Positions 18,682 through 29,390 of a stretch of DNA of 64,000 nucleotides are shown in pieces. The number at the start of each line of letters is the position of its first letter. The first letter of the stretch is position 1. Made by a program: the position numbers and the translations under genes. Origin of the DNA: Candidatus Latescibacterota bacterium (lineage in GTDB: Bacteria > Latescibacterota > UBA2968); NCBI GenBank assembly GCA_965204745.1, contig OZ242010.1, forward strand, positions 352,001-416,000, read 5' to 3'. Under the pieces are notes generated by a model, which made no database searches, was not told the origin of the DNA, and saw only the letters and a list, made by a program, of their open reading frames with translations.

Positions 18682-21600
18682 TTACAATGCCAAGCCAAAA
18701 TAGATGCGGTACCCGCCGATTTCCTCGAGGACGGTCGGATCATTGCGGGAGGGGACTTCGCGTTTGGTGGGGCGGGCGAAGATGAGATAGCCGAACACGG
18801 GCAAGCGGTAATGCGAAAACATCTGGAAGCGCAACTCCGCGCCGTAATCCGTCAAGAAAGAACTTTTGATTTTGTCCCATCGCCCATCGTGGAGCGCGCT
18901 ATCCACAGAGAACAGATCGCCGAAACTCGCGGCATTGGACGTGCCGCCAAATTCAAAAAAGAGCGTGGCGTAAATTTTGTCAAAAAAGAACGGAGGCAGT
19001 TCCGCGCCGACGCGCTGAAACAGGGGAATGGTCAGCGACGTGCGCCCAAACAGGGCTTTGCCGCCAGCGGTCGTAAAATACGGGTACCCGCGCAACGTGC
19101 CCAACCCCCCGAGATAATAGCGCAGGGGATAGTAGAACACGCCCTCATACGTGCCCCCGTCTTGTCGTACTTCTTTGACATAGCCGTCTTTGTAGGCGCC
19201 AAAGACTTGAACAGCGAGCGTGTATCTGCCGGCGAGCGGGATAAATTCGTTGTAGGACGCGATGTATTCGTTGAAACTGACATTGGCTTTGTCGTCTCGA
19301 AAATACGCGGGCGACAAGTCATCGCCGATAGGGTCGGGCACGAAGTCCTCGTTGGCGTCGGGCGTGCGGGCGAGTGAATCCGTCACGGTCGCATTGATGC
19401 GCCGATAGCGAAAGCTCAAGGCGCGTCCGCCCGAGGGGTTGATGAAGAGATCGGTCGCCGGTTTGAGGGTGATGTAATTCCAACCGGCCATCCATTCGTG
19501 GCTTTTGAAAAAATCGAGGTCTTTGTACAGAAAATTGTCGAGAATGGTTCTCTCCGATCCGTAATCCGAGTTGGGAATCTGATCCGTAATATCTGAAACC
19601 GTGCCGGTCTCCAAGTTGGTCTGAAAAATGCGCGTGCTATCGTGGACGACCTGAACCGCGTGGAGGTTTTCCGCGTACTTGCGAAAGCCATACGCCATGC
19701 TGACCGCGTGCCCGCGCCCGATCCCCATTTCCGCGCCCACGGTAAAATCCGAGAAAACATCCTTAAAATCGTCTTCTTCTGTCACCGTGAGGTTTAAGTA
19801 CTGAGTGACATTGGGGATCAGCACTTGTTGCCCCTCGCTGTTTTGGGAGACCAATGTGCCGCTCATGGTATCGCGCACGGTTTGCACAGCGCCCAAATCC
19901 ACGATGCTGTTGATGGTTTGCCGGCTGCCCCCAAAGAAGATGCGCGGGAAGTACGCGCGTTGTTCAGACAAAATGGGGGTCAAGCTGTTTTGGTAAAAAA
20001 AGGCAAATTCCGAGTTGAAATCCTGTTGCCGTTTGAAGTTCTTGCCGATCAGCGCGGTGGAAACAAAAACGTCATTGCCGAGCAGATCGCCCCAGGCCCA
20101 TTGAAAGCCCGCGCTGATTTGATCCAAGCCAAATCGGTTGCCGATAAATGTGGGCCCCAACAAGGCGATAGGCGTGATGCCATAAGACACGAGGCGCGGA
20201 GAATAACGCCCGATGTCGTGGAGATCGGCGATGGCTTTGCCGGTGTAAATTGTGGCGTAATCGCGTTCGACGCCCTCGGCCGCGTCAACCGCTATGGCCT
20301 CGGCCATGGGGATGCGATACAAATTGTAATTCGCCGCGCGATAGCCCACGTAGATCGCGTCGCTCGCGTCGGGCGACAAGGTGGGCAAAAACGCGCCGCC
20401 GATGACATTGGTCAGTTGCTTTTGCGCGCCGCTTTCTAGGTCGTGCGTGTACAGATTGAAAATGCCCGTGCGGTCCGAACTGAAGACGAAGCCACTGCCG
20501 TCGGGTAGCCACACCGGGTCGCGCTCGTCGGCTTCGGAATGTACGAGGGCCCTAAACTTGGCGTTGTTCGCATAGGCCACGCTGTCCGGGAATGCCGCGA
20601 GGCTGTCTGCCCGCGCTTGTTGGAGGCTGTCTAATTGGGTTTCGGCTTTTTCTGGGTCGAGCGCGCGGCGGCCCTGGTCTTTTTTCCAAGGCGTGGCATC
20701 GATGTCGATGATGGCAATGTCTCGGTCCTCACCGGTGCGGAACACGCTGAAGAGCAGGCGCTCGCCGTCGGGCGACCACTTGGGGCCGAAGTACTGAGTG
20801 GCGTCGTTGTTGTTCGTGAGGAATCGCACCTCCGTGCCATCGGTGTTGACGAGGCCGATATTGGCCGTGCCGTCTCGCATGGTCACAAAGGCGATTTGCG
20901 AGCCGTCGGGCGACAGCGCGGGATCTTTGCCGCGCAGCCCCACGGTGACGCGGGTCTCTTTTTTTGCGGTCAGGTCATAAGTGAAAATGTCCCACCGAGG
21001 GCCCACGGCTTTGATGTACATGAGGCTGTCGCCGCTGGCGGTCCACACAAAGCGATTATCCACGCGATCCGCGATTTTCGTCACTTTTTTGGTGGCGAGA
21101 TCCATCACTTTGAGTTCGGTGATGAAATAATCGCTGTCGTCATTGGAGATAAAGCCCAACTTGCTGCCATCGGGCGAATAGACCGGATGATAGTCCAAAC
21201 TGCCCAAATCCGCGATCAATTCGCCCTCGCGCTCATCTTCTTGGACCGCGGTTTGCACGGCGCGGTACTGTTCGCCGATGTGCGCGGTCCAGTCCCGATA
21301 GAGTTGTTTGGCGGAAACCCCGGTGGCTTTTTTGAGCGAGGAGTTGAAATTGACGATGGGCTTGTGTTCAAAAATTTGCCTGACTGTGGCGGGGCAAAAG
21401 CGGTCGCCGATGTAGTTGATCATGGCATATCCCTGATTGTACACCATTTCCCCGTGGAAACTGCCCTTGCCCCCGAGTTGCCCCATGCTGGGCAACGACA
21501 ACAAGTCGTTTTCGAGGGATGCCATCCGCAGCAACATGTCTCGGTGCGTGTCCCAACGGTCGTCGCCGTATTGCGCGGCTTCCCACTGGGCAATGCCCTC

Positions 21601-22248
21601 GGCAAAACCCGCACTGACCGCGAGGTGATACAAGCCGAGCGTAAAGTTGAAATCGGGATTTTCATTGGCGCGGGAGGTATTGATCAGGCCGATTTGAAAT
21701 GGCAATCCCTTGTGCGCGGCTTTCAGGGAGACGATGTGCGTGAGTTCGTGGACGAAAACATTGCGAACCCAGTCGCTGGTGCCGCGGATCTCCCAGTCGA
21801 TGGGATTGGTCCAAAAGTGGATGTAATTCGCGCTGTATATGGCATACGCATTGCCCAAAAAATCCGCCTGATCGTCAACGACGACGTGGATGGGCGCGAT
21901 GCGATCCACAAAGGTGGGATAATGCCGCATGAGATTGGACAACACGTCGTCGCAAAAATCGGCGATCTGGCGCGCGGTTTTTTCCGCAGTCGAGAAATAG
22001 ATGTTGAAATACCGGGTGCGAATCACTTTGGCACTCGCCGACCGCAATCCCAAAAGAGACGGGAAAAAGCCATCGGCAGTTTCGGGCGTCCAATACGTAT
22101 AAGGCTTTTGATCCGGCGACGGGCGGTTCAGAGGGGTATTTGCCAAATCGACCCCAATGGCTTTGGCAGGGCCTAAAGACGGGGGCTGTGCAAGTGTTGC
22201 GAGAGGACTAAGACCGATGAAACACAGGACAGACAAAAAAGTTTTCAA
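18682..22248 (-). CDS. Large exported protein: gluzincin-like metallopeptidase, PD40/TolB-like propeller and C-terminal beta-barrel
   Basis: Signal peptide; HELTH...EGIAQW; repeated P..SPDG motifs; LRGYPY and terminal YFGLAL resemble Omp85-type barrel features. Confidence 0.78.
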   Translation of the reverse strand: MKTFLSVLCFIGLSPLATLAQPPSLGPAKAIGVDLANTPLNRPSPDQKPYTYWTPETADGFFPSLLGLRSASAKVIRTRYFNIYFSTAEKTARQIADFCDDVLSNLMRHYPTFVDRIAPIHVVVDDQADFLGNAYAIYSANYIHFWTNPIDWEIRGTSDWVRNVFVHELTHIVSLKAAHKGLPFQIGLINTSRANENPDFNFTLGLYHLAVSAGFAEGIAQWEAAQYGDDRWDTHRDMLLRMASLENDLLSLPSMGQLGGKGSFHGEMVYNQGYAMINYIGDRFCPATVRQIFEHKPIVNFNSSLKKATGVSAKQLYRDWTAHIGEQYRAVQTAVQEDEREGELIADLGSLDYHPVYSPDGSKLGFISNDDSDYFITELKVMDLATKKVTKIADRVDNRFVWTASGDSLMYIKAVGPRWDIFTYDLTAKKETRVTVGLRGKDPALSPDGSQIAFVTMRDGTANIGLVNTDGTEVRFLTNNNDATQYFGPKWSPDGERLLFSVFRTGEDRDIAIIDIDATPWKKDQGRRALDPEKAETQLDSLQQARADSLAAFPDSVAYANNAKFRALVHSEADERDPVWLPDGSGFVFSSDRTGIFNLYTHDLESGAQKQLTNVIGGAFLPTLSPDASDAIYVGYRAANYNLYRIPMAEAIAVDAAEGVERDYATIYTGKAIADLHDIGRYSPRLVSYGITPIALLGPTFIGNRFGLDQISAGFQWAWGDLLGNDVFVSTALIGKNFKRQQDFNSEFAFFYQNSLTPILSEQRAYFPRIFFGGSRQTINSIVDLGAVQTVRDTMSGTLVSQNSEGQQVLIPNVTQYLNLTVTEEDDFKDVFSDFTVGAEMGIGRGHAVSMAYGFRKYAENLHAVQVVHDSTRIFQTNLETGTVSDITDQIPNSDYGSERTILDNFLYKDLDFFKSHEWMAGWNYITLKPATDLFINPSGGRALSFRYRRINATVTDSLARTPDANEDFVPDPIGDDLSPAYFRDDKANVSFNEYIASYNEFIPLAGRYTLAVQVFGAYKDGYVKEVRQDGGTYEGVFYYPLRYYLGGLGTLRGYPYFTTAGGKALFGRTSLTIPLFQRVGAELPPFFFDKIYATLFFEFGGTSNAASFGDLFSVDSALHDGRWDKIKSSFLTDYGAELRFQMFSHYRLPVFGYLIFARPTKREVPSRNDPTVLEEIGGYRIYFGLAL

Positions 22249-22329
22249 CTTTTACTCCTTTACGATGGGTGGGAAATGGCATTCAGCTTCACGGGGGTTG
22301 GGGACTGGGGGCGCGCTTGGAAATGGGCG

Positions 22330-22623
22330 TTACAATTCCAGCACTTTGACCACGCGATCAATGGTTTCTCCATGTTTGGCACGGGAGATTTCCAAGTCGT
22401 ATTGGACTTGCAATCGCATCCAGATACCCGGGGTCGTTCCAAAATAACGCGCAAGTCTGAGGGCAGTATTGGGCGTCACGGAACGCATCCCACGCACGAT
22501 TTGGCTGATTCGCAATGGGGGAACGCCGATGTCCTTGGCGACGCGGTATTGACTCAAACCCAGGGGCTTCATAAAGTCTTCGAGAAGCACCTCGCCCGGA
22601 TGAACAGGAGGAAGTTTTTCCAT
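22330..22623 (-). CDS. higA: HigA family antitoxin (HTH)
   Basis: PPVHPGEVLLEDFM..LSQYRVAK...TALRLARYFGTT..W..LQ..YDL. Confidence 0.93.
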   Translation of the reverse strand: MEKLPPVHPGEVLLEDFMKPLGLSQYRVAKDIGVPPLRISQIVRGMRSVTPNTALRLARYFGTTPGIWMRLQVQYDLEISRAKHGETIDRVVKVLEL

Positions 22624-22636
22624 TTTTTGATCTCCG

Positions 22637-22675
22637 TCAGTGGTAGTCCGTGATTTCTACGCGGTGAGCATCGGG
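22637..22675 (-). pseudogene. higB: C-terminal remnant of HigB toxin
   Basis: Reads PDAHRVEITDYH* just upstream of higA, matching the VEIxDYH* terminus of HigB; upstream DNA is replaced by a repeat array. Confidence 0.75.
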
Positions 22676-23040
22676 TCGCTCTGACGGCGTTGACCGAGGG
22701 GACCTATCCCCCGGCCCCGTTATTCGCTTCGCTCATTGTAGGCTACGCCTGTGCCTACGAGGAAAGGGGAGTAAAGTTCCTTTGATGGCTTCTCGCTCTG
22801 GTCGCTCTGACGGCGTTGACCGAGGGGACCTATCCCCCGGCCCCGTTATTCGCTTCGCTCATTGTAGGCTACGCCTGTGCCTACAAGGAAAGGGGAGTAA
22901 AGCTCTTTTGGTGGCTTTGGGCGAATGGATCACGCCATAGAACCCAAAAAACCTCTCGAGCAATCCCTCGGAAGACCCATCACCGTTCCCCCTTCCTCTT
23001 AGGAAGGGGGTTAGAGGGTAGGTCCCCCTCGCAAAACCGC
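22674..23040. repeat. 126-bp tandem duplication plus REP palindrome
   Basis: Units start at 22674 and 22800 (GGTCGCTCTGACGGCGTTGACCGAGGGGACCTATCCCCCGG...); an inverted relative lies at ~63950-64000. Confidence 0.85.
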
Positions 23041-23077
23041 TCAAGCCAGTTGCTTTGCTCGTAAATGTCAACACGAC

Positions 23078-24022
23078 CTAATGATGCCTCAAAATACACG
23101 CGACGCGATGGCCCGATTCAATCTCCAAAAGCGCTGGCATTTCCCGCGCACAATCGCGCACCGCTTCGGGGCATCGCGGATGGAACGGACAACCCGATGG
23201 CCTGTTGATCGGGCTGGGCACGTCACCCGTCAATCTGATGCGCGAGCGGTTGACGCGCGGATCGGGCACGGGAATGGACGAGAGCAAGGCGTGCGTATAG
23301 GGGTGTTGCGGGTTGTCGTACAAGTTTTGGCTAGGGGCCAATTCGACAATACGGCCCAAGTACATGACCGCCACGCGATTCGAGATGTGTTTGACCACGC
23401 TCAAGTCGTGGGCGATGAAGAGATAGGCCAAGCCGAACCGCGCTTGCAAGTCCTGAAGCAAGTTCACAATTTGCGCTTGGATGGACACGTCGAGCGCGGA
23501 CACGGGTTCGTCCGCCACAATGAATTGCGGTTTGACGGCCAAGGCGCGCGCAATGCCAATGCGCTGCCGCTGGCCCCCGGAAAACTCGTGCGGATAGCGG
23601 CGGGCCGCATCCGGGGACAAACCCACCGTGTTGAGCAAATCAGCGACCCGATCTTTTTCCCCGTGGATTTTTAGGGGTTCCGAGAGGATGCCGCCAACCG
23701 TGAGGCGCGGATTGAGCGATCCATAAGGGTCTTGAAAGATGAGTTGCATGTGCCGGCGCAATGCGCGGAGTTGCTTTTTCTCGAGCGAGAACACATCCGT
23801 ATCCCGGAACCGAACCGCGCCTGCGGTCGCGTCGATCAAGCGCAAAATCGCCCGACCGACCGTGGTCTTCCCGCATCCGGATTCGCCCACCAAGCCGAGG
23901 GTCTCGCCGGGCGCAATATCAAAACTCACGCCATCCACCGCTTTGACCTGCCGCGTTGCGCGCCGAAAACCCCCGCGCGAGATGGGGTAGTGTTTTTTGA
24001 GATTTTGAACTTGGAGGAGCAT
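23078..24022 (-). CDS. oppF: Oligo/dipeptide ABC transporter ATP-binding subunit (OppF-like)
   Basis: [27 protein letters not shown]-terminal CPFHPRC..C..C. Confidence 0.9.
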   Translation of the reverse strand: MLLQVQNLKKHYPISRGGFRRATRQVKAVDGVSFDIAPGETLGLVGESGCGKTTVGRAILRLIDATAGAVRFRDTDVFSLEKKQLRALRRHMQLIFQDPYGSLNPRLTVGGILSEPLKIHGEKDRVADLLNTVGLSPDAARRYPHEFSGGQRQRIGIARALAVKPQFIVADEPVSALDVSIQAQIVNLLQDLQARFGLAYLFIAHDLSVVKHISNRVAVMYLGRIVELAPSQNLYDNPQHPYTHALLSSIPVPDPRVNRSRIRLTGDVPSPINRPSGCPFHPRCPEAVRDCAREMPALLEIESGHRVACILRHH

Positions 24023-24178
24023 GAGAGTAGTTAGTCCGCCCCGCCCTTCAACCCTTCAGGTGAGACGGGAGAGGGAAGACGTAAGAGGGCCGCCCCACTC
24101 GCTTCAAGCGAGATGTGAGACCAAATTGAATTTCTGTTGACCTCATGTGATGCGATATGCGACAGCAAGTGATCCCCT

Positions 24179-24532
24179 TGACGTTCCGTAGTCATTCAAA
24201 GAAGCGATAATTAAGAATGCCCTCGCAAAAGCCCATCAGCTAAAGCCATCAGGCACAGCGCGCAAGTCCGTCTCGCAACCAACGTCCATTATGCAACCCA
24301 CTTTGCAGGCTGGCGCATGTCGTTTTGTTACAAAAGCGATTTGCGCTGTGCAAGCCTCTCGGCGTTTGAGAGTGCCCTTTTTTGCTTCTTTTTTGGGCAA
24401 GCAAAAAAGAAGTCGCCGAAGGCATCGAAGGCAACCAACGAGGCTTTAGGACCAAATGCCTTAAATGAGCAAGCAACACATTTGCTAATCTGTGCGCGTA
24501 ACGTTAAAAAATAAAATGTCAACACGACCTAA
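24179..24532. mobile_element. ~350-bp non-coding MITE-like repeat, copy 1
   Basis: Diverged inverted copy at 56681-57037; ends in AATGTCAACACGACCTA, which also occurs alone at 23063-23081. Confidence 0.7.
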
Positions 24533-24541
24533 CCACTGATT

Positions 24542-25504
24542 TTAAGCCATCCAACACGCGGTTTGGTGATCGCCCGCCATCGTTTTTAATGGTGGAATGG
24601 ATTCGCGGCAAATCGCATCCGCGCTTTCGCATCGGTCGGCAAAGCGACACCCGGAGGCAAAGCGCGTGGCTTCGGGCACATGGCCCGGAATGGTTTTGAG
24701 GCGGTCACGCGCCACATCCAAGCGGGGCACGGACGCGAGCAAGCCTCGGGTGTAGGGGTGCATGGGATGGTGAAAGATCGCATCGGCCGGCCCCATTTCC
24801 ACAATTTTACCCGCGTACATCACCGCCACGCGATCCGCGACCTCGGCAATGACGCCCAAGTCGTGCGTGATGAGCAAAACCGCCATGCCGAGTTGGCGTT
24901 GCAAATCGCGCAACAAATCCAGGATTTGGGCCTGAATGGTGACGTCGAGCGCGGTGGTGGGTTCGTCGGCGATGAGAACCTTGGGATCGCACGAGAGCGC
25001 CATGGCGATCATCACGCGCTGGCGTTGCCCACCGGACAACTGGTGCGGGTATTCGTCTGCCCGCTGTTCCGGATCGGGCAAGCCGACCAAGTGCAACATT
25101 TCCACTGTTTTGCGCCGCGCTTCTTTTGGCGAAAGCCCCTGATGCCGGCGCACGGCTTCATCCACTTGAAACCCGCAGGTGTACACCGGGTTGAGGCTGG
25201 TCATGGGTTCTTGGAAGATCATCGCAATCTCATTGCCGCGCACGTCTCGCATTTCGAGGTCGGACAGGGCGAGCAGGTCGCGGTTGTCAAAAAAAATGTG
25301 CCCACCTTCAATGCGGCCAGGATAGGGCACCAATCGCATGATGGACAGGGAAGTAACGCTCTTGCCGCATCCCGATTCACCCACGAGCCCAAAGGTTTCG
25401 CCCGCGTTGAGTGTGAATGATACACCATCTACGGCCCGAGCCGTTCCGCTGTCTGTATGGAAGTGCGTTTGCAGGGTATCAACTGTCAGCACAGTATTTG
25501 GCAT
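24542..25504 (-). CDS. oppD: Oligo/dipeptide ABC transporter ATP-binding subunit (OppD-like)
   Basis: [36 protein letters not shown]. Confidence 0.9.
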   Translation of the reverse strand: MPNTVLTVDTLQTHFHTDSGTARAVDGVSFTLNAGETFGLVGESGCGKSVTSLSIMRLVPYPGRIEGGHIFFDNRDLLALSDLEMRDVRGNEIAMIFQEPMTSLNPVYTCGFQVDEAVRRHQGLSPKEARRKTVEMLHLVGLPDPEQRADEYPHQLSGGQRQRVMIAMALSCDPKVLIADEPTTALDVTIQAQILDLLRDLQRQLGMAVLLITHDLGVIAEVADRVAVMYAGKIVEMGPADAIFHHPMHPYTRGLLASVPRLDVARDRLKTIPGHVPEATRFASGCRFADRCESADAICRESIPPLKTMAGDHQTACWMA

Positions 25505-25551
25505 TGCAATGTTTCATGAACTTCTTGAAGGTGGTGAACGTTCCCGGTTTT

Positions 25552-25658
25552 TTAGCCACGAGCGGGGTACAACTGGCGATAGCCAGTTCAAAGGCTTAGC
25601 CACAAAAGGCACGAGCGGGGTACAACTGGCGACAGCCAGTTCAAAACACAAAAGGGGG
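25552..25658. repeat. Tandem GGGGTACAACTGGCGA repeat
   Basis: CACGAGCGGGGTACAACTGGCGAyAGCCAGTTCAAA twice; inverted relatives at ~30679-30761 and a partial one at ~13730. Confidence 0.75.
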
Positions 25659-25720
25659 CGATGTTCCCGTGCTCGCCCAAAGATACGAGGGAAATGAGGA
25701 CTCCTCTCCCCGTCTCGGGG

Positions 25721-26452
25721 TTAAAACAAAGGCAACTGGAGCATGAGCCATTCTTCGAGCAAGAAGCCGACGCGACCGATCAACAGGGAAAGACGCGCCA
25801 TGATGGTGTAGCCAAAGGACGCGCCAAACGAGATCATGAGAAAATAAATGCCGATTTTGGACGCGATGCCGACCGGGCCCGTGTGTTCGAAAGAATAAAA
25901 GAAATAGACGAGCACGGTCACGACGCCGACCAGAATGAGAAAGAGATCGAGTCCCGCCCAGTCCAGCGTGATGGCCTGCATCGTCAACTCCATTTGGGCG
26001 AGCAAATTGGCCGCGATGGTGCGCGGGATGGCGAGGCCAGATCCCAGGCCCACGACAAACGCAAATGCGATGCGGCTGAGCCAACTGTACTTTGCCGCAG
26101 AGAGTTGCGTGAGCATAAAAAACCCGAGCATGGTGGGCACGAGCAACCACAAATTGTCCAGGCTTTCGCCATCGAGTTCCCGAAGGGGCGTGATGACGTC
26201 GGTCAGGAGCACGGTGTACCACACCTGACTGAGCGTGTACGCGGCCGCGACGCCCACGTAGAGGTTTTCGGCAAATTTGAAGAGGGGATTGTCTTTGTAC
26301 AAAAAGCTGTAGAGCGACAGGGTAATGCCGGCCGCGATGAACGTGCCCAAGCCATCCCAGTCCATAGACAAGCTGTTCGAGGCAAAGAGGTACAGATTGA
26401 CCGCGGCAAAGACCACTAAAAAGACGAAAAAAATGATGGAATCGCGATTCAC
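25721..26452 (-). CDS. Conserved hypothetical integral membrane protein
   Basis: About 7 TM helices; YSFLYKDNPLFKFAE..YVG and MISFGASFGYTIMARLSLL; start overlaps the upstream stop. Confidence 0.82.
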   Translation of the reverse strand: MNRDSIIFFVFLVVFAAVNLYLFASNSLSMDWDGLGTFIAAGITLSLYSFLYKDNPLFKFAENLYVGVAAAYTLSQVWYTVLLTDVITPLRELDGESLDNLWLLVPTMLGFFMLTQLSAAKYSWLSRIAFAFVVGLGSGLAIPRTIAANLLAQMELTMQAITLDWAGLDLFLILVGVVTVLVYFFYSFEHTGPVGIASKIGIYFLMISFGASFGYTIMARLSLLIGRVGFLLEEWLMLQLPLF

Positions 26453-27279
26453 CGAGCACCGCCTTTCTGCCGTCCGTACAGGAAATACATCACATTGCCC
26501 AAGACGATGAACAAAATGATGATGAGATGCACAAAGGATTGGGCGCCCATGCCCGCGGTGGCTTTGCCCGATGCGTCAATCAGGGTTTCGTATTCGGCCG
26601 CGCCGGCCAAGCCGCCCATCATGCCGTGCATTTGCCCGGTTTGCAAATAGGGATATTGATCGGGCGCCATCACCGCTGTGCAGCCGAGGCCGAATTTGAA
26701 TTTGTAGCGTTCCTGACCGTAGGGGATCCATGTGCCGTCCGGGGTGTTGCCAGAGGCCAAGCAGATCACGTAGTCGAAATTCGCCAATCCCTTGATGTTT
26801 TGCGTGACGGGCAATTCGGTTGTGTCGCTGCCGCGCAGGTCTTTTTGAAACGCGCCGTGAAAGTCGCTGCCCATGTTGATGACCAATGACCCCCCGCCCG
26901 GCTTGAACCCCAAGAACGTGTAATCCTCGCCGTATTGCGCGCCGTATTCTCCCGCGGCGGTTTCAAAGGCTTGTTGCGCGAGGCCCACAGAGGTCGGAAC
27001 GTGCGACATGCCGATCACTTTGATGCGGTTGCGAAAACAATGGCGCAACACCGAGATGGCCATGGGTTGCACTTCGGGCTTGGCGCTAGGGCCATAGTCG
27101 AACGAGATGAGCACCGTGCCGTTTTTCGCGCCCACGTCTTCAACGGTGTCGTAAAACGCTTGCACATCTTTGGTAATGGGGATGGGCATACGCACCGGCG
27201 CCAGCGAGGGAATGATAATGCCGAGCGCGACGAACGCGAAGATGATGCGACGGTCGATATTGTGCAAAAATGCTTTCAT
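26449..27279 (-). CDS. Conserved hypothetical membrane-anchored protein
   Basis: N- and C-terminal TM helices around an alpha/beta domain; YPYLQTGQ..G..GGLAGAAEYE; ATGA overlap with upstream gene. Confidence 0.82.
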   Translation of the reverse strand: MKAFLHNIDRRIIFAFVALGIIIPSLAPVRMPIPITKDVQAFYDTVEDVGAKNGTVLISFDYGPSAKPEVQPMAISVLRHCFRNRIKVIGMSHVPTSVGLAQQAFETAAGEYGAQYGEDYTFLGFKPGGGSLVINMGSDFHGAFQKDLRGSDTTELPVTQNIKGLANFDYVICLASGNTPDGTWIPYGQERYKFKFGLGCTAVMAPDQYPYLQTGQMHGMMGGLAGAAEYETLIDASGKATAGMGAQSFVHLIIILFIVLGNVMYFLYGRQKGGAR

Positions 27280-27935
27280 TCTTCGCCTCCGCCGAGATAC
27301 GAGCGTTCAATGCCAAAGATGATCCGCAAGGCCGTTGCGACCGCGCCCAAGCTGACGCCGAGCAAGATGCCGCGCTTGGCCGCCAAATTGGGCACGTCCA
27401 TCATCCATTGGGCGAGGTCGGGCAATTCCTGGTAAATGACCGCGCCAATGGGCACGCGCCCGATCATGACGATGATGGCCGATACGAGCAGGATGGCCGC
27501 TTCGATGGTGCGCGCGCGAAAGGTGCGATACGCCGCCGATGCGATGAAAAACGCGAGGATGGAGAACATGGTGGCGTCCGCGGGCACTTGCACGTTTTTG
27601 TACATCCACACAAAGGGGCCCGTGTCGATTTCTTGGGGATTGTGCGGCCACTGTCCGTCGTTGTAAATCGCAAACAGGGTCATGACCGCAAAGCCCAAAA
27701 ACACGAGAAAGCTGTACCCCCAGCCGGGGTTCTGCCGCCGCACGCGGCTCCAGTGCAAGCGCATCAAGCTGTAGATGCCCAGCACCAGCGCGAACGCCGC
27801 CACGATGCGATCCCACTTGGTCAATTCCAATTCGAGGCTTTCCGCGTCGCTGTGTGGAATGTAAAAACACAGAATGCCGATGATGCCCATGACAAAGGCG
27901 ATGATCAGCGGGAGTGTGCGTCTAAAAAAAAGCAT
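27276..27935 (-). CDS. Conserved hypothetical integral membrane protein
   Basis: About 6 TM helices; ATMFSILAFFIASAAYRTFRAR, LRIIFGIERSYLG. Confidence 0.82.
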   Translation of the reverse strand: MLFFRRTLPLIIAFVMGIIGILCFYIPHSDAESLELELTKWDRIVAAFALVLGIYSLMRLHWSRVRRQNPGWGYSFLVFLGFAVMTLFAIYNDGQWPHNPQEIDTGPFVWMYKNVQVPADATMFSILAFFIASAAYRTFRARTIEAAILLVSAIIVMIGRVPIGAVIYQELPDLAQWMMDVPNLAAKRGILLGVSLGAVATALRIIFGIERSYLGGGEE

Positions 27936-27947
27936 GAAAGACTCCTG

Positions 27948-29378
27948 TTAATACGCCGAGAAAACGTGCGTGAGTTCCTGAAAGTCAAAGACGGTCGCCA
28001 AAAGCGTACCCAAGATCATGGCGATCAAGAGCACGGCTTTGCCGATGTCCTGCCCCTTGAGGCTGCCGAGCAACTTGGGTTCGCGGGAGAGATACGCGCT
28101 CGCGGCGTAGAGTTCTTCGCCCATCAAGGTGTAGTCGCAGGTGGTGATGAAAAAGGGCAGTTGGGTGTAGGAATCCGTGCCCGCGATCTGAATCGCCCCG
28201 ATAGACGCGCCGGTTTCGGCCAAGAGCAGAGATTCCGCAAAGAAATAGCCCATCAGGATGTTGGTCGCAGGTCGGTCGCGCACCATCATGCCGTCGAGCG
28301 CGGCAGCATAACTAAATTGCTCGGTGGCGACCATGAACACCATGTCCTCGGAATACGCGTCGGGCCGCCCGGCATTGAGATAGGATTCCTTGACGACCTC
28401 TCGGCTCACGGCCAGAACCACGGGGTCGTTGTTGGCGACGCGCAATTCCGTATTAAATTCAGCGGTGCGATTCGCAACGCGCGAGAGCACGTTGATCGCC
28501 GCAATGGTCGAGACGCTGCCCATCGACGCCAAGCCGTGTGCAAAGAGCACGGGTTTGCCCATTTCCGTGGCGCGCCCCAGGGCCTCGTCCAAGGCTTCGA
28601 GGCCCGCGATGCGCCGAATGAACAGGTCGCGCTTTTGCGCGAGGATGATGCCGCCCAAAATGATGAGCGAAAACACCGTGCCGATGACAAAATTGTTTGC
28701 TTTGGCCCAGTTGAAGAAATTTTCAGCCGCGGTTGCAGACGCGATAGCAAAGGGCACTGTCTCGCCGGAAGGGAGATGCGCGTTGACCCGCACGTAATAG
28801 GTTTTGCCGTTTTCAATGGGGATCCGCTTTGACGGATCCGCGGGATCGGCATAGTCGGTGATTTTGGCAAAGAGCATGTGATGCGTTTCCTCGCCGTGCC
28901 CAAAGGTGCCGGGTTCGCTAGATTGCAAATCGATCCTGCTGATCCCAGTGGGATGAAAAGGCCCATTTTCCGATTCGCCAACTGCGATTGTGAATTTGAG
29001 TCCTTCGGGAGATTCGAGGATTTTCATGAGTATAAATGCCATCAGTTTATTTTTATTTGACCATTCCTCAATTTCCAATCCAAAATGTTCCACTAAGTCC
29101 CGGATGTCGTCAATGAGGTCGCCGAAGCTCGGATGCGACATTGCCCGGAAAAGATTATTGTCAATGAAGTCGCTGATGTCCCATGTAACGGTGATGCTAC
29201 CGCCCGAGTCGTTGGGGGTGTCTATCGCTCGCACCACAGGGGGTTGCTGGAACGCTGTTGCCCGCACCTGTGCGCGTATAACCCCCAGGGTGTCTTTCGC
29301 TTGCACCACAGGGGGTTGTTGGGCCTGCACCTGCGCCGCGCAAATCAGCAGAGCGCACGACAAAAAACAATATCGCAT
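27948..29378 (-). CDS. DUF6754-like protein with exported FN3-like N-terminus
   Basis: Signal peptide; DTPNDSGGSITVTW...YYVRV; IRRIAGLEALDEALGRATEMGKP; CDYTLMGEELYAASAYL. Confidence 0.78.
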   Translation of the reverse strand: MRYCFLSCALLICAAQVQAQQPPVVQAKDTLGVIRAQVRATAFQQPPVVRAIDTPNDSGGSITVTWDISDFIDNNLFRAMSHPSFGDLIDDIRDLVEHFGLEIEEWSNKNKLMAFILMKILESPEGLKFTIAVGESENGPFHPTGISRIDLQSSEPGTFGHGEETHHMLFAKITDYADPADPSKRIPIENGKTYYVRVNAHLPSGETVPFAIASATAAENFFNWAKANNFVIGTVFSLIILGGIILAQKRDLFIRRIAGLEALDEALGRATEMGKPVLFAHGLASMGSVSTIAAINVLSRVANRTAEFNTELRVANNDPVVLAVSREVVKESYLNAGRPDAYSEDMVFMVATEQFSYAAALDGMMVRDRPATNILMGYFFAESLLLAETGASIGAIQIAGTDSYTQLPFFITTCDYTLMGEELYAASAYLSREPKLLGSLKGQDIGKAVLLIAMILGTLLATVFDFQELTHVFSAY

Positions 29379-29390
29379 ATCTTTCTCCCG

